A stretch of DNA of 64,000 nt from an uncultured delta proteobacterium. Lineage in GTDB: Bacteria; Desulfobacterota; Desulfobacteria; Desulfobacterales; SG8-13. This document shows, piece after piece, positions 30,353-41,122 of the stretch. The stretch covers positions 124,001-188,000 of the forward strand of contig CAWKCK010000005.1 in assembly GCA_963848135.1 (NCBI GenBank), read 5' to 3'. The notes under the pieces were generated by a model. It was not told the origin of the DNA. It saw only the letters and a list, made by a program, of their open reading frames with translations, and ran no database searches. The position numbers and the translations under genes are program-made. How positions within the stretch are numbered: position 1 is the stretch's first letter; each line of letters begins with the position of its first letter.

Positions 30353-31720
30353 GTGAAAAAGACGGCCAAGACAATATTTGTCTGCCAGTCATGCGGATAT
30401 CAGGCGCCCAAATGGATGGGAAAATGTCCTGACTGCGGCAGCTGGGACGCTTTCACCGAGGAACGCCAACAGCCGCTGTCGCCACTCGGCAAGAGCCGGT
30501 CGCTGGCAGCGACCGCGGCCGAACCGGTGCCCATAGACGCCATCGAAATCGAATCCGAATACAGATGGCTCACCGGGATCGACGAGTTCGACCGCGTTCT
30601 CGGCGGGGGAGTTGTCCCCGGCACCCTGGTGTTGATCGGCGGGGATCCCGGTATCGGAAAATCCACGCTCATGCTCCAGGCCCTCCATGGCCTGGCCGTC
30701 AACGGTCACCGGGTGCTCTATGTGTCCGGCGAGGAGTCGATCCGCCAGATCCGCATCCGCAGCAAACGGCTGGGGACCGTTTCGCCCCAGTTGCTGGTTG
30801 CCGCCGAAGTGGAACTGGAGAGCATCCTGCAGATGGTGGTCAAGGTGAAACCGACGGTCGTGGTTGTTGATTCGATCCAGACCATGTTCAACAGCGAGCT
30901 GACATCGGCACCCGGAAGCATCTCCCAGGTCAGAGAGTCGACGGTCCGCCTGATGCTCACCGCCAAACGCAGCGGTATTCCCTTTTTCCTGGTCGGCCAC
31001 GTAACCAAGGAAGGGGCCATTGCCGGACCGAAGCTTCTCGAACACATGGTGGACACGGTGCTCTATTTCGAGGGCGACCGGAACCATGTCTTCCGGATAC
31101 TACGCGCCGTCAAAAACCGCTTCGGATCCACCAACGAAATCGGCGTTTTCGAAATGAAGGGCCGGGGTTTGGAAGAAGTCGGCAACCCGTCGGCCGTTTT
31201 TCTCGCCGAGCGCCCGACTGATGCCCCCGGTTCGGTCGTAACGGCCAGCCTGGAGGGCACCCGGCCGATTCTGGTCGAAATCCAGGCCCTGGCCAGCAGC
31301 AGCAGTTTCGGAACATCCCGGCGGACCATCCTCGGGCTGGACCAGAGTCGCGTATCGTTGCTGGTGGCGGTCATGGAGAAGAAGCTCGGCATGCATCTGC
31401 TGGGACACGATATATTCATGAACGTCGCCGGCGGTGTTAAAATAGACGAACCGGCCGTCGACCTGGGCATTGTCGCTGCCGTGGCATCGAGCTTTTTGGA
31501 CAAATCGATTCCCGACAGTACGATAGTTCTCGGCGAAGTGGGGCTGACAGGCGAAGTGCGCGGTATCGGACAGATCGAAACCCGGATTACCGAAGCGAAG
31601 AAAATGGGATTTACGCACTGTCTTCTACCCCGGAGCAACCACAAGCGTCTGACTAATATCGGCGGGATGACCTTGTCCGGTATTCGCAACATCGCCGAGG
31701 GAATCGAGACGCTATTCTAG
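30353..31720 (+). CDS. radA: DNA repair protein RadA/Sms
   Basis: C4 Zn finger, GDPGIGKST, KNRFG. Confidence 0.97.
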   Translation: MKKTAKTIFVCQSCGYQAPKWMGKCPDCGSWDAFTEERQQPLSPLGKSRSLAATAAEPVPIDAIEIESEYRWLTGIDEFDRVLGGGVVPGTLVLIGGDPGIGKSTLMLQALHGLAVNGHRVLYVSGEESIRQIRIRSKRLGTVSPQLLVAAEVELESILQMVVKVKPTVVVVDSIQTMFNSELTSAPGSISQVRESTVRLMLTAKRSGIPFFLVGHVTKEGAIAGPKLLEHMVDTVLYFEGDRNHVFRILRAVKNRFGSTNEIGVFEMKGRGLEEVGNPSAVFLAERPTDAPGSVVTASLEGTRPILVEIQALASSSSFGTSRRTILGLDQSRVSLLVAVMEKKLGMHLLGHDIFMNVAGGVKIDEPAVDLGIVAAVASSFLDKSIPDSTIVLGEVGLTGEVRGIGQIETRITEAKKMGFTHCLLPRSNHKRLTNIGGMTLSGIRNIAEGIETLF

Positions 31721-31862
31721 AACTCATCTCAAAAATATTCTAAGCGCCCATGGCGGTGTTACGAAACGGCTCAAAGTGCTCACATACTTCATGTATGCTC
31801 CGCTTTTTCGCCGATTCGTGCCTTGCCATGAACTCTAATCCTTATTTTTGAAATAAGTTCTA
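31718..31862. repeat. MITE-like element, family B
   Basis: TIRs TAGAACTCATCTCAAAAATA / TATTTTTGAAATAAGTTCTA, internal hairpin; same end at 62184-62203. Confidence 0.75.
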
Positions 31863-31866
31863 ACTC

Positions 31867-31962
31867 GTGTCCATCCATAAATGGCCTTTTTTTCGCTGTA
31901 TCCCGCCACGACGGGATACGGCCTTGCTCAGCGGAAAAAATTCTCATTTCTGAATTGGACAC
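31867..31962. repeat. MITE-like element, family A (short copy)
   Basis: GTGTCCATCCATAAAT...ATTTCTGAATTGGACAC. Confidence 0.75.
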
Positions 31963-32136
31963 TTAACGATGCCATTACATATTCGTGGAGGGTGTTAACC
32001 GATGGAACGTCACTCCCCGGAGATTGGGAAGACCCCACCTTTTTTCTAAAGGGGGTCTACTCGGCAGGAGGTGGCGTGGGCGTTGCATTGATCTTGACGG
32101 GAATCGGCCAATAATATTATAGGGAAATATTTTTCT

Positions 32137-32739
32137 ATGAAACGGCCCGCGACCAAACGCAACCGATGGGATGATCATTACACGGAACGCGCCCGCAAGG
32201 AAAAGTATCCGGCCCGCTCCGTATTCAAGCTGCAGGAAATGCAGCGCAAGTTTCGCCTGCTCAAAAAGGGCAACCGGGTTCTCGATCTGGGTTGTGCGCC
32301 CGGTTCATGGCTGCTGTATGCTGCGCAGATGATCGGACCCCGCGGAACGGTCGTCGGCGTCGATTTGCAGCCGGTCACCATTCGGCTGCCGGAAAATGTC
32401 AGCGTTCATACCGGTGATATACTTTCTCCGGGTGAGGCCCTGCTGGCGAATATCGGCCAAGGCTATCATGCCGTATTGAGCGACATGGCCCCGGCAACCA
32501 CCGGTCAGAAGGCGGCCAATGCGGCACGCTCCTACAATCTCTGCCGGGCGGCACTGGATGTGGCTGTCCGCTCGTTGCTACCCGGCGGCCTTTTTGTTAG
32601 CAAGATATTTCAGGGTGCGGAATTTGAGACCTATCGCAATGAGGTCAGCAATGTCTTCGATAAGTTAAAAATCTTTAAACCCCAAAGCAGCCGCAAGGCC
32701 AGCAGGGAAATATTTATCATCGCAATCGGAAGACGATAG
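32137..32739 (+). CDS. rlmE: 23S rRNA Um2552 methyltransferase RlmE
   Basis: ARSVFKL, LDLGCAPGSW, SDMAP, KPQSSR..SRE. Confidence 0.93.
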   Translation: MKRPATKRNRWDDHYTERARKEKYPARSVFKLQEMQRKFRLLKKGNRVLDLGCAPGSWLLYAAQMIGPRGTVVGVDLQPVTIRLPENVSVHTGDILSPGEALLANIGQGYHAVLSDMAPATTGQKAANAARSYNLCRAALDVAVRSLLPGGLFVSKIFQGAEFETYRNEVSNVFDKLKIFKPQSSRKASREIFIIAIGRR

Positions 32740-32748
32740 GAGGAAACC

Positions 32749-33483
32749 ATGTCAGGCCATAGTAAATGGTCCACCATCAAACATAAAAAAGCGGCCAGCG
32801 ACGCCAAAAGGGGAAAGATTTTCACCAAGCTCATCAAGGAAATCACTGTGGCTGCGCGTATAGGCGGCGGTGACCTGAACGCGAATCCCCGTCTACGCAG
32901 TGCCATACAAGCCGCTAAAAGCGAGAACATGCCCAAAGACAATATCGATCGGGCAGTCAAGAAAGGCACCGGGGAACTCGAGGGCGTCAGTTACGATGAG
33001 AGCATCTACGAAGGCTACGGTCCCGGCGGCGCCGCGGTCCTGATCGACTCGCTGACAGACAACAAAAACCGGGCCGTATCTGAAATTCGATTCATTTTCA
33101 ACAAAAACGGCGGCAGTATGGGAGAAAACGGCTGTGTGGCCTGGATGTTCGATAAAAAAGGATACATCGTGGTGGAGCGTTCGGCGACAGACGAAGACAC
33201 ATTGATGGAGGTCGCCCTGGAGGCCGGTGCCGAAGATGTTCGCGAGGATAACAGCAACTTCGAAGTCATTACCGCACCCGAAGATTTCGAGGACGTGATG
33301 GCCGCCATCGAGAAGGCCGACATTGCCACGATCGAAGGCGAGGTCACCATGTTGCCGCAGTCAACGACAAACCTCACCGGAAAGGAAGCAGAGCAGATGA
33401 TCCGGCTAATGGACATGCTGGAGGACTGTGAAGACGTTCAGAAGGTCTATACCAATGCCGATATTCCGGAAGACCTGGTATAG
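32749..33483 (+). CDS. yebC: YebC/PmpR family protein
   Basis: [22 protein letters not shown]. Confidence 0.96.
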   Translation: MSGHSKWSTIKHKKAASDAKRGKIFTKLIKEITVAARIGGGDLNANPRLRSAIQAAKSENMPKDNIDRAVKKGTGELEGVSYDESIYEGYGPGGAAVLIDSLTDNKNRAVSEIRFIFNKNGGSMGENGCVAWMFDKKGYIVVERSATDEDTLMEVALEAGAEDVREDNSNFEVITAPEDFEDVMAAIEKADIATIEGEVTMLPQSTTNLTGKEAEQMIRLMDMLEDCEDVQKVYTNADIPEDLV

Positions 33484-33522
33484 ACCAGGCAATGCCGGCC
33501 AGCGCATCTATTTTCATTCCTA

Positions 33523-34449
33523 TCACTTCGACAGATCCAACATTTTTTGCACCGCCTTCAATGCCGGTTGGCGTATATCTTCCGGAACCTTTACTTCCCC
33601 TGTCATGTCTTCCAGGCTTCGGGCCACATCATCCAGCGAAATCTTCTTCATGTTCGGGCACACCATTTTTTCCGAGGCCGGGTAAAACGCTTTGCCTGGA
33701 TTGTCCTTTTTCATGGGATACAACAAACCGGATTCGGTTCCAACGATAAATTCCCCATGGCTCGATTCCCGCACGTAACGCAGCATTCCGGACGTGCTCG
33801 CAACGGCATCTGCCAGCGCCAACACCTCCGGCCGGCACTCGGGATGGGCGATAAAAACGGCCCCTGGATGCTTCTCTCTGGCCGTCTTTACATCTCCAGG
33901 GGTCAAACGATCGTGGGTGGGGCAATAGCCTTCCCATATCTGAATTTTCTTGTTCGTCTGGGAGGCCGCATACAGGGCAAGGTTCCGGTCTGGCGTCATG
34001 AGAATTTCATCTTCGGGCAGGCTGTTGACAACCCGCACGACGTTGGCCGACGTGCAGCAAATCGTCGAAAGGGCTTTAACTGCTGCGGTCGAATTCACAT
34101 AGGTAACCACCGGCATCGGCGTTAGCTTGGTCAGTTTTGCTGCGAGTGAATCCGGGTCGACCATATCGGCCATGGGGCATCCCGCATCATGCCGGGGAAG
34201 AAGAACGGTTTTTCCGGGTGAGATGATCGAGGCGGTTTCGGCCATGAAGTGGACACCGCAAAATACGATGACCTCCGCATCGGTCTGGGACGCCTTGATG
34301 CTCAGTTCGAGTGAATCGCCGCAGAGGTCGGCCAGTTCCTGAATCTCCGGCGGCTGATAGTTGTGGGCCAGAATAACGGCCCGGCGATCTGCGACCAACC
34401 CTCTGATTTTTTGCCTGATATCTGTCATCTTGAGATAGTTTCTATTCAT
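33523..34449 (-). CDS. nadA: Quinolinate synthase NadA (start may be 34428)
   Basis: LAHNYQ, FCGVHFMAE, GCPMA, YVNS, AHPEC, CPNMK. Confidence 0.96.
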   Translation of the reverse strand: MNRNYLKMTDIRQKIRGLVADRRAVILAHNYQPPEIQELADLCGDSLELSIKASQTDAEVIVFCGVHFMAETASIISPGKTVLLPRHDAGCPMADMVDPDSLAAKLTKLTPMPVVTYVNSTAAVKALSTICCTSANVVRVVNSLPEDEILMTPDRNLALYAASQTNKKIQIWEGYCPTHDRLTPGDVKTAREKHPGAVFIAHPECRPEVLALADAVASTSGMLRYVRESSHGEFIVGTESGLLYPMKKDNPGKAFYPASEKMVCPNMKKISLDDVARSLEDMTGEVKVPEDIRQPALKAVQKMLDLSK

Positions 34450-35116
34450 CCATGGTCACCACATCGGTGCCCTCCGGGATGGTAAAGGTGAAAAGCGATA
34501 AGTCCGGTATCTCATCGAGACGCGCATTCAACAGAGTGATGCGGGTTTCATCGCCATAGGCGTTGTAGGTTACCACCTGGTGGACAGCATATGAATCCTT
34601 GGCCACCAGCAGCAGGATCTCGGCAACATCGGCCGATTTGTCGAGCGGAACGAGTTTGAGGACATGATACTGGTCATCGTCTGAAGACACCTTGGATATC
34701 TCGAACTTTCGGCGCAGCACCCTGATATCGGCCAGAAACCCGGCGCCCTTGCCGCCGGCCAGAAAAGCCGGTGCCTTGCCGAGAATCACCTGGTTGTCCT
34801 GCGGGCGGTAAATCCAAAGTCGATCGGCGTTGGTAATGATGAGTTGGGGATCGGGGGTTTCGTACTCCCAACGCATCATCTCGGGTTTCCGAACGTATAT
34901 CTTCCCCTTGGCCTCATCGGCGATATCCATGGCCTTGATGGTGGAGATCTGGCGGAAATCGGCCGTAAAACCAGCCACATCATAGCGGCGTTCGATCTGT
35001 TCGATGAGCATTTCCAGGCTGTCTGCCGCACCGGCGGCATCTACCGTCGTGACGGCCACCCGGTATGCCCCGGCCAGGACGAGCACCAACACGACACTAC
35101 GAATCACCCATTTCAT
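34442..35116 (-). CDS. lolA: Outer-membrane lipoprotein carrier LolA
   Basis: Signal peptide, ADFRQ, KPEMMRWEY, FTFTIPEGTDV. Confidence 0.88.
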   Translation of the reverse strand: MKWVIRSVVLVLVLAGAYRVAVTTVDAAGAADSLEMLIEQIERRYDVAGFTADFRQISTIKAMDIADEAKGKIYVRKPEMMRWEYETPDPQLIITNADRLWIYRPQDNQVILGKAPAFLAGGKGAGFLADIRVLRRKFEISKVSSDDDQYHVLKLVPLDKSADVAEILLLVAKDSYAVHQVVTYNAYGDETRITLLNARLDEIPDLSLFTFTIPEGTDVVTMDE

Positions 35117-35462
35117 CTGATTCTCCTTCTCACAAAATTTGAATCTCCCCTGCCTTGCGGCGTGCTGTGGAATCGAACATCCGGGGCAGAGACGGTCAAG
35201 TCAATCCATTTCGAACGCTCTTTTTACGCGATAATGCTTTGTTTGTAAACAGCGACGACGTATGGCTTCGGCAATAAGATTGTTGGTGCTTAAAAGGGAA
35301 TATTCACCGCAGAGGCGCAAAGAGCGCAGAGTTTACTTTCCTTCATGTTTTCCGCTGACCCCGGTACCATCTTCCGGAGCTACGAGGCCTGAACGTCCCG
35401 CATTAGCGGGATGACCGGTCGGTCATGAGGATCTATTGCCGGCCTCAGGAAAACATAAAAAG

Positions 35463-36365
35463 CTATAAAACGCGCCTTAACAGATCTCTGAGATCCTCGG
35501 CTGATTGGAGAGCGAACCCGGGGCCATCCTGGACCTCGGGAGCTACCACGGCAACCTTTCCAAATACCGAAAGGCTGATGTGTTCAATGAGGGCAAGTTT
35601 CATCTGCAATTCGTGTTTCGGCAAGTGGGCGGCACGCTCACCGCGCATCATCAGCGTTTCGATATTGTCTTGCTTCAGCCGCTCTTCGAACAGCAGGGTT
35701 TTCTGGAGCTGTATCAGGCAGGCCTGACGTCTTTTGGTCAATTCATCGAATACTTCCGTGTCGTCTTCAATGTCTTCCAACATGTCCAGCATGAAATCGA
35801 GGCAGGCAAAGAACTGTCCGTCCGAACCCATCCCTTCGAAAAAATCAGTCAGAAACCGCACTTTGTTTTCACCAAAGTTTTTGCGGATGTTGCGCAGTTT
35901 CACTTTGACGGCCGTGCGTTTCAAAGGGGCAATATGTAACGCAAGAGAATCCAATAGTTTGGCGTTTATCCGCCGGGTCAGATTGAGGCGATGCAGGAAG
36001 GTGCCGATCACGTCCCCGGGAAAGTCGAGTGTGAGTGTGCCGCGTCCGTCTGGAAACAGGAGCTTCGTCCGCAGTTGGCGCCCTGACAATTCGTCAATCA
36101 CGGCAGCGATATCCTGGCGGCTGAAAACGCCATCTCCCAGGGTGTCTTCAATCTCTTGCTGAATCGTTTCGTCAGGGAAGAAAATAAGTTCCAGCAGACC
36201 GTCCCGATCCGGGTTGGCGTTATCGCCGATGATTTGCTTCAGATCGATGATGGATGGGCAGGAAAATACCGCATCGATATAGTCGACGAGTCTACCGTCG
36301 GCTTCGAGTCCGTTCCGAAGAAGATGGCAGACCGATTCTACCAGCAGGCGACAGTTATCTTTCAT
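35463..36365 (-). CDS. Hypothetical protein
   Basis: 300-aa ORF co-oriented with thioredoxin. Confidence 0.75.
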   Translation of the reverse strand: MKDNCRLLVESVCHLLRNGLEADGRLVDYIDAVFSCPSIIDLKQIIGDNANPDRDGLLELIFFPDETIQQEIEDTLGDGVFSRQDIAAVIDELSGRQLRTKLLFPDGRGTLTLDFPGDVIGTFLHRLNLTRRINAKLLDSLALHIAPLKRTAVKVKLRNIRKNFGENKVRFLTDFFEGMGSDGQFFACLDFMLDMLEDIEDDTEVFDELTKRRQACLIQLQKTLLFEERLKQDNIETLMMRGERAAHLPKHELQMKLALIEHISLSVFGKVAVVAPEVQDGPGFALQSAEDLRDLLRRVL

Positions 36366-36375
36366 ATCGATTTCA

Positions 36376-36963
36376 TCAGAGATAGTGGGCCAACTTCATC
36401 ATCAATTGATGCTTCTGCATCCCGCCCGGCAGGCTCTCCTTTAGTTCGCCATTGTCAAAAATGAACAGGTAAGGCACGCTGAGGATGTTAAAGCGAGCGG
36501 CAATCTGCTGATTGGTGTCGATATTGACCTTCCCGACCCGGATCTTGCCTTTGGACTCTCTGGCAAAATCATCGATAATGGGAGCGACGGCACCGCAGGT
36601 CGGGCACCAGGGGGCCCAGCAAAATAGAAGAACCGGCAGTGGCGATGCCATGACCGTGCTTTCAAAATTGGAATCGGTCACCATGACCGGCTGAGGAATG
36701 AAGAGTTCGGCGGTGGCCAGAGCCGATCCGCATTTACCGCATTTGGCACCCGCATCGATCTTGTGACCCGGCACCCGGTTGCGCGTTTTGCATTCGCTAC
36801 AGCGGACGGTGTAGCTGACGGATGCGTCCCCGGCTGCGGAAGAGGGCTGCATAAGGGCATGGCATTTACCACACCGGGCAGTGGTTTCGGCTTTATCGGC
36901 CGGGATCTTGTTTCGCATGCCGCATGTGGGACACCGTCGAATGAGGGACGTGGAATCGTTCAT
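36376..36963 (-). CDS. Thioredoxin with two N-terminal Zn fingers (TrxC-like)
   Basis: CPTC...CGKC and CSEC...CGKC, then WAPWCPTC. Confidence 0.88.
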   Translation of the reverse strand: MNDSTSLIRRCPTCGMRNKIPADKAETTARCGKCHALMQPSSAAGDASVSYTVRCSECKTRNRVPGHKIDAGAKCGKCGSALATAELFIPQPVMVTDSNFESTVMASPLPVLLFCWAPWCPTCGAVAPIIDDFARESKGKIRVGKVNIDTNQQIAARFNILSVPYLFIFDNGELKESLPGGMQKHQLMMKLAHYL

Positions 36964-36991
36964 TTTCTGTCCTTGCGCTCAGTGAAATTTC

Positions 36992-37149
36992 GTAAGCATT
37001 CACAGGGTAACGCATCTGCCTAGTTGTCGAACACTTGAAGTACAAAAGTACGTCTGCGCGCCCGACGCCTTGCATCTGCGTCACCCCGCAAATGCTTACA
37101 AATAGGTGGCTTGATGCACATCGGACGGTGCAACCCTGTGAACAACTAC
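36992..37149. repeat. 158-bp MITE, family C (IS66-like GTAAG end), copy 1
   Basis: Closely similar to 44246-44403. Confidence 0.8.
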
Positions 37150-37298
37150 AAAAGTTCTAACAATATAAGGCCTGTTGGCCGCGAGTAAAGCGCGAACCGT
37201 TCATCTGTCGATGACACCATGGCGACAAAACAGGATTCCGGTATCACCCGTCATCGCCCGGCATTGTTTTTCTTTCGCAACCGCCTGGCAAAATTTCC

Positions 37299-37328
37299 TT
37301 GAAATATTCGGGTTAACCCGAATATTTC
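37299..37328. repeat. Perfect palindrome TGAAATATTCGGGTTAACCCGAATATTTCA
   Basis: Each arm resembles the element end at 37820-37839 (TCATGAAATATCCGGGTTAG). Confidence 0.6.
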
Positions 37329-37835
37329 ACGTCCCTGAGGGATTCAATGGCAAGGCACTCAAGGGTACCGCCGTAGTCAACCTACTGCAAGCCCTTGACG
37401 ACTCACCGAATTACATATAAATAGGCGAGAAATCCAGCAATGCAGGATAACGCAGCCAATGGATGCCTCAGGGAGCGCCCAAAAGGTGAAAACTTTTCGG
37501 CTTTTCTCTAAAATTCATAAGTTGCAAATTGTACTTTGACCCAAATACGTCCATTACATGTCAAGTAGCTAAAACCTAAAGTGAGCGTTTCAAATATTAA
37601 ATGGAGGGGGAACTGCTTTATTTATAAGGAATCCTATCAAAGTTTGATTTTAAAATTTGAAACCCGTCGGGATTGCCTATCTTGCCACATCTACAGCGTC
37701 ATATGCCGTCCCGCATAGCCGACTATAGCGGAACGACATCTTCCTTGTAGCTGCGGCACCTCGACAATCGCTCAAATTAGGTAAAATTAAATTAATTTAT
37801 TCATAGTTGCGAAAAGATTTCATGAAATATCCGGG

Positions 37836-39209
37836 TTAGTCGGTTGCATCGGTTGCTCCATACTTTTTCAACTTCTTGTGCAAGGTTTTCCGGGTGATGC
37901 CGAGGCGCCGAGCGGCTTCGCTTTTGTTACCCCCAGCCATATCAAGGGTCTTGAGGATGGCGGCCTGTTCGACCGCCGCCAACGATTCCGGAATCCCAGC
38001 TTCCGCAGCATAGCCGTCTGCCGATGGCGGTGGCTGTTCACCGGACAACCGCAAGTCAGGCGCGTCCAGAAGTTGACCCCGGGCCAATACAACCCCTCTT
38101 TCGACGGCGTTCATCAATTCCCTCACGTTTCCCGGCCATTCATGCCTCAACATCGCATCCAGCGCCTGGGGTGTGAAGCCTTCGAGCATCTTGTTGTTTT
38201 TAGCGGCGAACATTTCCAGGAAATGCTGGGCCAGCAAGGGAATATCGTCCTTTCTGCTGCGCAGCGGCGGCAAGGTCAGCCCGACCACATTCAGCCGGTA
38301 ATACAGATCCTCCCTAAATTCCCCCTCTTGGAGCAGATCTTCCAGGTTCTTGTTGGTGGCGCAGATCACCCGGACATCCACCGGCAGCGGCACTTCGCCC
38401 CCGACCCGAATCACCTCCCGCTCTTGCAGAACCCGCAGCAATTTGACCTGCATGGTGACCGACATCTCGCTGACCTCGTCAAGAAAGAGGCTGCCGGCAT
38501 CGGCCTGTAAAAAACAGCCCTCTTTTCTGCGCTCGGCACCGGTAAAGGCGCCCTTCTCATGTCCAAACAGTTCCGATTCGAGTAGGGTCTCGGTCAATGC
38601 GGCACAGTTGATCTTGACGAAGGGGCCGTCCTTTCGGTGACTGTTAAAGTGGAGCGCGCCGGCAATCAGTTCCTTGCCCGTTCCGGATTCGCCTGTAATC
38701 AGCACGGTGGCCTCGGACGGCGCCACCTGGGCCACGGACTCCAGCAGCCGGACCATGGAGGGGCTCCTCCCAATGATGTTGCGCCGGTCGAAGTGTTTTC
38801 CAAGGGTTTCCTTCAACATGCGGTTCTCGGCCTTCAGCTGAATGTGTTCGACGGCCCGGCCGATGATGAGTTTCAGCTTGTCGAAATCGAGCGGCTTGGT
38901 CAGGTAATCGTAAGCGCCTTTCTTCAGAGCCTCCACGGCGGTCTCAACCGAAGAAAAGGCGGTCATGATGATAATTGGAATGGCCGGATTGTAATCTTTT
39001 ATTCTCTCGAGTGCTTCGAGACCGGACACTTTCAGCATCCGCACATCCATGAGAATCAGGTCGTAATATCTTTCCTGTACACTTTCGACAGCCGTTTGAC
39101 CGTCGTCGGCGTCAAACACCGTGTAACCCCATTGAGTCAAAAGGGTTCGCAGCATGGTGCGGTGGGCGGCATCATCATCGACCACAAGAATAGGGTGTCC
39201 TGCACTCAT
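37836..39209 (-). CDS. sigma54-dependent response regulator (ZraR/AtoC-like)
   Basis: REC (LVVDDD, LMDVRM, KP), GESGTGKE, GAFTGA, HTH; ATG 39209 overlaps kinase stop. Confidence 0.92.
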   Translation of the reverse strand: MSAGHPILVVDDDAAHRTMLRTLLTQWGYTVFDADDGQTAVESVQERYYDLILMDVRMLKVSGLEALERIKDYNPAIPIIIMTAFSSVETAVEALKKGAYDYLTKPLDFDKLKLIIGRAVEHIQLKAENRMLKETLGKHFDRRNIIGRSPSMVRLLESVAQVAPSEATVLITGESGTGKELIAGALHFNSHRKDGPFVKINCAALTETLLESELFGHEKGAFTGAERRKEGCFLQADAGSLFLDEVSEMSVTMQVKLLRVLQEREVIRVGGEVPLPVDVRVICATNKNLEDLLQEGEFREDLYYRLNVVGLTLPPLRSRKDDIPLLAQHFLEMFAAKNNKMLEGFTPQALDAMLRHEWPGNVRELMNAVERGVVLARGQLLDAPDLRLSGEQPPPSADGYAAEAGIPESLAAVEQAAILKTLDMAGGNKSEAARRLGITRKTLHKKLKKYGATDATD

Positions 39210-40975
39210 CGAACGTCTTTCTGCCCGGTAAGTGGAACCCGGACGGTGAAGGTTGTCCCCTGCCCGGCACGGCTCGCCACATCGATTCTGCCACCGTGGG
39301 CATCGGCGATATTGTGGGCGATCGCCAGTCCCAGGCCGGTTCCGGTTGATTTGGTCGTGTAGTAAGGGTCGAAAACTTTGGATAAATCCTGTGCGGAAAT
39401 GCCATGACCGGTGTCGGACACGCGGATGAGGATCCAACGCCCCTCATCGTCCCTATCCGCTTCAACGGTCAGACAGCCGCCGGATTCCATGGCCTCCAAT
39501 GCATTCAGAAACAGATTCAACAGGACCTGGTTGATCCGGTCCGTGTCAAGAAAGGCGTCGCGCAGTCTCTCGGCGGCATGCCATTCTATGTGAATATTCT
39601 TCTCATCCGCCTGGGCTTCCACCAGTTTAAGAGCATCTGCGATCAACCGTTGAACCGAAACCTTTTTCGGAATGATTTTAATTGGCCGGGCAAAATCGAG
39701 CAGCTGGCCGATCACCCGGTTGAGGCGATCGACCTCTTGAATCATGATCCCGGCGATCTGCTGATCCTCTGGTTTATCTCGGTGGCGCTCCTTGAAATAG
39801 GTAGCGAACCCTTTGATGGAGCTGAGGGGGTTGCGGACCTCGTGCGCCACCCCGGCGGCCAGGCGTCCCACGGACGCCAGGCGCTGGTTACGAAGAATTT
39901 CTTTACGAAGCGCGTGGACCTCCCGCAGATCCTTGAGAAGCAGTACAAATCCGAGAAAACGTTTTTCGCCGTCAAACAATGGGCTGGCGCTGAATGACAG
40001 GGGCAGCCGATCTGCGCCTTTAATGCGACATTCTATTTCTCTCTCGATCACATTGCCGGTTGGTGACAAACTTTCAATCTCACTGAAGATTTCGCCCGGC
40101 AACACATCCGCGGCGGCATGTCCAATGACCCGATCCGGTGCAAAACCGAGGATTGACTGCGCCACCGGGTTGAACGAAGCGATTTTGTGCCGGTCATCGA
40201 GGGCAATCAGCCCGATGGGCATATGTTCCACCAGGTTGTCCGAAAAAGCCTTTATTCGGTCCAACGACGCCCGGGTGGATCGGTAACCCTGGGTCATGAA
40301 AAGCAGCAATATGCCGGACACGCACACAAACAACAAAACAACCGCCATCACGATCGTGTGGCGGGAATCGCTCAGTTGAGCAGCAAGAATAGCGGCATTG
40401 TCGAGCCCCACAAATATGAACTGCGGTTCCTGGGCGTTGCGTTGATCCATCGGAAACGCCGGCATCATGTGCGCTGGCGCCCCCTTCCTGCCCGGCACCC
40501 GCCCCCAGGGGGATCCGGGATCGAATCGTCGATACACCTCAAAGGACTCGCGCCCGTCATCTGAATTTACCCGCCGCCATTGTACCGATGTTGTTTGGGA
40601 TATCTGTTCGAAATCGAGGTCGCGACCGTGTGTCTTACCGACTTGGGTGAGGTCGCTGTGGGCAAAGATGACTCCGTTGGCATCGGTAACCATTAGGTAG
40701 ATGATGTCAGGTTGTTGTGCCGTTTCAGACAGCAGGTGCTGCAGTTTGAAACCACCCATCATGTGGCCCATCATTCCGGTTCGGGCCCCGGCCTCGAAAG
40801 AACGGATCAACGCTGCGCCTTCTTCCACGAGTAACCGGACGGTGTTCTCCTTTTGCCGATTTATGTTCTCAACGGTCAGAACGATAAAAACCGGAATCAG
40901 TATGAGAACCGTTCCAATGAAGATCCAAACCGGCACGCCGGTCCAGAGCCGGTTAATTTTTTTTGACTTTTGCAT
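39206..40975 (-). CDS. PAS-domain sensor histidine kinase (ZraS-like)
   Basis: Two TMs, GARTGMMG, AHEVRNPL, QVLLNL, DTGHG, GTGLGL. Confidence 0.9.
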   Translation of the reverse strand: MQKSKKINRLWTGVPVWIFIGTVLILIPVFIVLTVENINRQKENTVRLLVEEGAALIRSFEAGARTGMMGHMMGGFKLQHLLSETAQQPDIIYLMVTDANGVIFAHSDLTQVGKTHGRDLDFEQISQTTSVQWRRVNSDDGRESFEVYRRFDPGSPWGRVPGRKGAPAHMMPAFPMDQRNAQEPQFIFVGLDNAAILAAQLSDSRHTIVMAVVLLFVCVSGILLLFMTQGYRSTRASLDRIKAFSDNLVEHMPIGLIALDDRHKIASFNPVAQSILGFAPDRVIGHAAADVLPGEIFSEIESLSPTGNVIEREIECRIKGADRLPLSFSASPLFDGEKRFLGFVLLLKDLREVHALRKEILRNQRLASVGRLAAGVAHEVRNPLSSIKGFATYFKERHRDKPEDQQIAGIMIQEVDRLNRVIGQLLDFARPIKIIPKKVSVQRLIADALKLVEAQADEKNIHIEWHAAERLRDAFLDTDRINQVLLNLFLNALEAMESGGCLTVEADRDDEGRWILIRVSDTGHGISAQDLSKVFDPYYTTKSTGTGLGLAIAHNIADAHGGRIDVASRAGQGTTFTVRVPLTGQKDVR

Positions 40976-40988
40976 GGATCGTATGCGA

Positions 40989-41005
40989 AGCAAAACTGGT
41001 GCCAA
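40989..41005 (-). promoter_or_regulatory. sigma54 promoter of the two-component operon
   Basis: TTGGCACCAGTTTTGCT. Confidence 0.8.
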
Positions 41006-41071
41006 CCACAGAAATCGATTCGCCCACACGTAGCATGAAAATTATCAAGCCGGGTTCATCAACATTCCAGG

Positions 41072-41122
41072 ACCTAATTTGAGGGTTTCATATTTTCGAA
41101 ATATGAAACCCTCAAATTGGGT
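41072..41122. repeat. Near-perfect palindrome (fused ends of MITE family E)
   Basis: AATTTGAGGGTTTCATAT-TTTCGAA-ATATGAAACCCTCAAATT; related to 52815-52917. Confidence 0.7.

Noticed and set aside
39210..39437. Long N-terminus of the response regulator (533-aa ORF)
   Set aside because: Overlaps the kinase; the REC domain starts at ATG 39209.
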